From the NCBI GenBank assembly GCA_041577335.1, contig JBFGJH010000005.1:1-64000 (forward strand): a stretch of 64,000 nucleotides of DNA, written 5' to 3'. Below, one piece after another: positions 60,386 through 64,000 of the stretch. Every line of letters begins with the position of its first letter. Within the stretch, counting starts at the first letter, position 1. The position numbers were made by a program, and so were the translations under genes. The notes under the pieces were generated by a model. That model saw only the letters and a program-made list of their open reading frames with translations. It was not told the DNA's origin and did no database searches. The DNA comes from Acidimicrobiia bacterium (GTDB lineage: Bacteria; Actinomycetota; Acidimicrobiia; Spongiisociales; JAENVV01).

Positions 60386-60925
60386 ATGGCTCAGCGTGTC
60401 TCCGTATTCGGTTCATCGTCGCCGAGGCCCGGAGATGATCTGTACGCATCGGCACTCGAGCTCGGCACCCGGTTGGCGACGGCGGGGTACGTTGTCGTCA
60501 CCGGCGGCTATGGCGGGCTCATGGAGGCGACGTCGCGAGGAGCAGCCGAGGCCGGTGGACATGTCGTGGGCGTGACCGCACCAGCACTCTTCCCCAACCG
60601 GGCCGGCCCGAACGTATGGGTGTCGGAAGAGTCGGCACACGCTACGTTGCTGCAACGCATCGACTGCCTCGTCGAGATGAGCGCCGCGGCGATTGTCCTG
60701 CCCGGCTCGATCGGTACCCTCGCCGAGCTCGTCGCATTCTGGAACCATGCCTTCGTCGCCCGATTCTCGGACTCGCCGCCTCGTCCTCTCATCGCCGTCG
60801 GGGAACCATGGCGCTCGCTGGTTCCGACGCTTGCCGCAACGCTCGACACCGACGGGAGCCTGGTGACTCTGGTCGACGACGAGCAGACAGCGGCCAATGA
60901 ACTGACGAAACGGCTGCCGGGCTGA
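60386..60925 (+). CDS. LOG-family nucleotide-binding protein
   Basis: VSVFGSS, TGGYGGLMEA.S.GA, LPGSIGTLAEL. Confidence 0.88.
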   Translation: MAQRVSVFGSSSPRPGDDLYASALELGTRLATAGYVVVTGGYGGLMEATSRGAAEAGGHVVGVTAPALFPNRAGPNVWVSEESAHATLLQRIDCLVEMSAAAIVLPGSIGTLAELVAFWNHAFVARFSDSPPRPLIAVGEPWRSLVPTLAATLDTDGSLVTLVDDEQTAANELTKRLPG

Positions 60926-61000
60926 CATAGGCGACCTGCATCCGCCGACCGGCGGAGAAGCACATCAGGTCCCAGATGGCCGGTAAACTTCCTGGCGCTC

Positions 61001-61894
61001 ATGGCAAACAACCACATCCTTGCGGCCGGCGGCATCGTATGGCGACGCGGCCAATCGGGCGTTGAGACTCTCCTTGTCCACCGCCCCAACTACAACGACT
61101 GGGCCTTTGCAAAAGGGAAAGTCGACCCTCACGAGTCGGTGCGAGAAGCCGCTCGCCGAGAGGTGTTCGAAGAGACAGGCCTGAGGACGATCCTCGGTCC
61201 TTACCTCGGCTACTTGGAGTACGTCACCGACGCCGGCAACGACAAAACTGTCCACTATTGGGCAATGAAGGCGGTCGGCGGGCGCTTTCGACCCAATTCA
61301 GAGGTGGACAAGGTCAGGTGGCTGTCCACCGATGAAGCCGCCAAGAACATGACCTACAAGCGCGATCGGATGTTCTTCCTCGGCCTTGGAGCCAAATGGT
61401 GGAAAGCCCGTCCGCAAGTACTGCTCCTCCGCCATGCCTACGCCGGCCGGCGCTCGGGGTCGGCAGGCGACGATCGGAAACGGCCACTGTCCGTGCGCGG
61501 CAAGGAACAGACCCTCCAAATCGCCGACTCGTACGCCGACCTTGGGATCAGCAGGATTGTTTCGAGCCCCTACGACCGGTGTGTGCAGACGGTTGAGCCA
61601 CTGGCGGAGGCCATCGGGCTCGAGATCGAAACGCACGAGGCGCTCGCTGAAGGTGCCGACGTCGCCGATACGGCCAAGCTGTTGCGCAAGCTGGCAAAGA
61701 AGCAATCGCTGGCTGTCACTCACGGTGACAACGTCTTCGACGTGCTCACCTATCTGTCCGATCGGGGCATGACGCTACCTCCGATCGTCAACGCCAAAAA
61801 GGGATCAACCTGGGTGCTCATCCCGGATAAGGACCGAAACTTCGTTTCGAGCACCTACTGGCCACCACCGCCTAGGCCTCATAGGAACCGGTGA
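61001..61894 (+). CDS. mutT1: NUDIX hydrolase fused to a histidine phosphatase domain (MutT1-like)
   Basis: HRP.Y.DW...KGK, Nudix box AARREVFEETG, RHA.AG.R, SSP..RC.QTV.PLA. Confidence 0.88.
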   Translation: MANNHILAAGGIVWRRGQSGVETLLVHRPNYNDWAFAKGKVDPHESVREAARREVFEETGLRTILGPYLGYLEYVTDAGNDKTVHYWAMKAVGGRFRPNSEVDKVRWLSTDEAAKNMTYKRDRMFFLGLGAKWWKARPQVLLLRHAYAGRRSGSAGDDRKRPLSVRGKEQTLQIADSYADLGISRIVSSPYDRCVQTVEPLAEAIGLEIETHEALAEGADVADTAKLLRKLAKKQSLAVTHGDNVFDVLTYLSDRGMTLPPIVNAKKGSTWVLIPDKDRNFVSSTYWPPPPRPHRNR

Positions 61895-64000
61895 GGGCCC
61901 GTTCCACCAGAGCGGCTTGCTGCTCGCCATGAAGTTGCTGTGAGCCGGTCGCCGGGGATGCCGACTCCGCTCGGCCGGCGTAGCCGAGTTTTTGGCCAGT
62001 GAGCTGTCGCAGCATGGGTCGCACATAGTTCCACGCACCCATATTGGCGGGCTCTTCCTGGGCCCACCACAGGTCGACGTCCGCGCCGTGCGATTCGAGC
62101 ACAGCCGCGACTTCATCGGCAGGCAGCGGATATAGCTGCTCGAGCCGCACGACCGCCACGTTCACCCCCAACTCCTCGCGCCGCGCAACCAGGTCGTAGT
62201 AGACCTTGCCGGAGCAGAGCACCATTCGGCGAGCCGACCCGAAGTCTGGGTCGGTCAAGACCGGTTGGAACGCACCGCCAGTGATCACCGAGGTTTCCGA
62301 GAATGATGGGCGGGTCCGAAGAAGGCTCTTGGGGGTGAAGATGATCGCCGGCTTCTTGGCCGACGACTTCACCTGGCGACGCAGCATGTGGAAGTAGGAA
62401 CCTGCCGACGACGGCACCAAGACCCGCCAGTTGTTCTCCGCCGACGACTGCAGGTACCGCTCGATGCGAGCTGACGAATGCTCCGGGCCTTGACCTTCGA
62501 AGCCATGCGGCAAAAGCATCACCAGGCTGGAACGCTGGCCCCATTTGTCCTCACCGGCAGAGATGAACTGATCGACGATCACTTGGGCGCCGTTGGCGAA
62601 GTCGCCGAACTGCCCCTCCCACATCACGAGCGCGTCCGGTGATTCGATCGAATAGCCATATTCGAAGCCCACCGCGGCGAACTCGCTGAGCAAAGAATCG
62701 ACGATCCGCAGGCGGGCGCGGTCGGCGTAGAGATCTTGCAGCGCCAGCCAATCCTCTCCGGTGTTGAAGTCGGTGAGGGCGGCATGCCGATGCGAGAACG
62801 TGCCGCGTTGCGAGTCCTCGCCGGCGAGACGGACCCAGTGGCCCTCAGCCTTCAACGAGCCCATCGCCAGAGCTTCGGCGACCGCCCAATCAACATGCCC
62901 TTCCTCCAGCATCTTCTGGCGGCTTTCGACAATTCGCTCGAGCTTGGGGTGGACCGTGAAACCATCGGGAAGCGTCGAGATTGCGCCGATGATCTCCTCA
63001 ACGATGGCCGGACCGATGGCAGTGACCCCATCGGCCTCAGCAACGTCTTGCGGGGCGGTGGAAGACGGTCGGGCGGGGGTTTCCCGTGTCTCCTCGAACG
63101 CCCGGCTGAGCAGGGTTCGGAACTCCTCCAGCAGCTGTTCGCCCTCTTCCAGAGAAAGCACCCCGGTGTTCACGAGGCGTTCGAGATAGAGCTTTCGGAC
63201 CGACCGTGTGGCGTCGATGATCCGGTACATGATCGGTTGTGTGAAGGACGGCTCGTCGCCCTCATTGTGGCCACGTCGTCGGTACGCGATCATGTCGATG
63301 ACTACGTCTTTGTTGAAGGCCTGGCGGAAGGCAAAGGCAAGCCGGGTCGCCCGAACCACCGCTTCTGGATCGTCGCCATTCACGTGAATGATGGGAGCGG
63401 CCACCGTCTTGGCGACGTCTGTGGCATAGAAGCTCGACCGGGCATCGAGGGTCGAGGTCGTGAAACCCACCTGGTTGTTGATCACCACGTGAACGGTTCC
63501 ACCCGTGCGATACCCGCGCAGCTGCGAGAGGTTCAGCGTCTCGGCGACCACGCCCTGGCCGGCAAACGCCGCGTCGCCGTGCATCAACACCGGGAGCACC
63601 TTGTGGTGCCCGTAGCTGCCATGACGCTCTTGCTTCGCCCGGGCGATGCCTTCCAACACCGGGTCGACGGCCTCCAGGTGACTCGGGTTGGCGGCGACAC
63701 TGACCTCGATCTTCTTCCCAAACGGGGTCTCGTGGATGCCGGTGGCGCCGAGGTGATACTTCACGTCGCCGGATCCCTGGGTCAGGTCGACGTCCATGTC
63801 ACCTTCAAACTCACGGAACACCTTGGCATAAGACTTCCCGATGATGTTGGCCAGGACATTGAGCCGCCCTCGATGCGCCATCGCCATGGCGACTTCTTCC
63901 ATGTCGTCGTCGACGGCTGCGGTCAGCAACGTATCGAGCAGTGGAATGAGGCTTTCTGAGCCCTCCAGGCCGAAACGCTTGTGGCCTATGTACTTCGTGT
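61872..64000 (-). CDS. kgd: 2-oxoglutarate dehydrogenase E1 / multifunctional Kgd, 3' part; 5' end lies outside the window
   Basis: KRFGLEG, MAHRGRLNVL, GDVKYHLG, HGDAAFAGQG, WEGQFGDFANGAQ, GQGPEHSSAR, QEEPANMGAW. Confidence 0.95.
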   Translation of the reverse strand, partial: TKYIGHKRFGLEGSESLIPLLDTLLTAAVDDDMEEVAMAMAHRGRLNVLANIIGKSYAKVFREFEGDMDVDLTQGSGDVKYHLGATGIHETPFGKKIEVSVAANPSHLEAVDPVLEGIARAKQERHGSYGHHKVLPVLMHGDAAFAGQGVVAETLNLSQLRGYRTGGTVHVVINNQVGFTTSTLDARSSFYATDVAKTVAAPIIHVNGDDPEAVVRATRLAFAFRQAFNKDVVIDMIAYRRRGHNEGDEPSFTQPIMYRIIDATRSVRKLYLERLVNTGVLSLEEGEQLLEEFRTLLSRAFEETRETPARPSSTAPQDVAEADGVTAIGPAIVEEIIGAISTLPDGFTVHPKLERIVESRQKMLEEGHVDWAVAEALAMGSLKAEGHWVRLAGEDSQRGTFSHRHAALTDFNTGEDWLALQDLYADRARLRIVDSLLSEFAAVGFEYGYSIESPDALVMWEGQFGDFANGAQVIVDQFISAGEDKWGQRSSLVMLLPHGFEGQGPEHSSARIERYLQSSAENNWRVLVPSSAGSYFHMLRRQVKSSAKKPAIIFTPKSLLRTRPSFSETSVITGGAFQPVLTDPDFGSARRMVLCSGKVYYDLVARREELGVNVAVVRLEQLYPLPADEVAAVLESHGADVDLWWAQEEPANMGAWNYVRPMLRQLTGQKLGYAGRAESASPATGSQQLHGEQQAALVERALTGSYEA

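Overview
High-GC, gene-dense chromosomal window with actinobacterial gene content, most consistent with Acidimicrobiia (inference from the Kgd-type 2-oxoglutarate dehydrogenase, the Rv3649/Rv3654c-Rv3661-like Tad locus, the Rv2578c-like radical SAM gene, a DUF385 enzyme, SLH/GerMN proteins and many leaderless genes). About 60 CDS. No rRNA, tRNA, CRISPR array, prophage or transposase was seen. Main blocks: a two-component system with low-complexity exported proteins; hppA; large NAD-GDH next to NfnAB; a DUF1998 helicase, Tad/Flp pilus cluster, ABC pair and HAD hydrolase; a surface-protein cluster; an orphan CoxL-like subunit; ribA; leuC-X-leuD; paaABCDE plus a TetR regulator; an MMPL transporter; a hisC/pat aminotransferase; a fused E1 alpha-beta; partial kgd. 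Top observations: (1) a probable selenoprotein missed by the ORF track (52915-53592; in-frame TGA in a UxxC motif followed by a SECIS-like hairpin with a GGUC loop); (2) an MMPL/RND protein whose first extracytoplasmic loop has an A-A-A-B-B-B triplication that suggests nested domains; (3) an electron-bifurcating NfnAB pair with DevR-like boxes upstream, in a genome that also has O2-dependent pathways; (4) a two-gene cassette bounded by about 35-bp imperfect inverted repeats. All family assignments come from motif recognition, not database searches.
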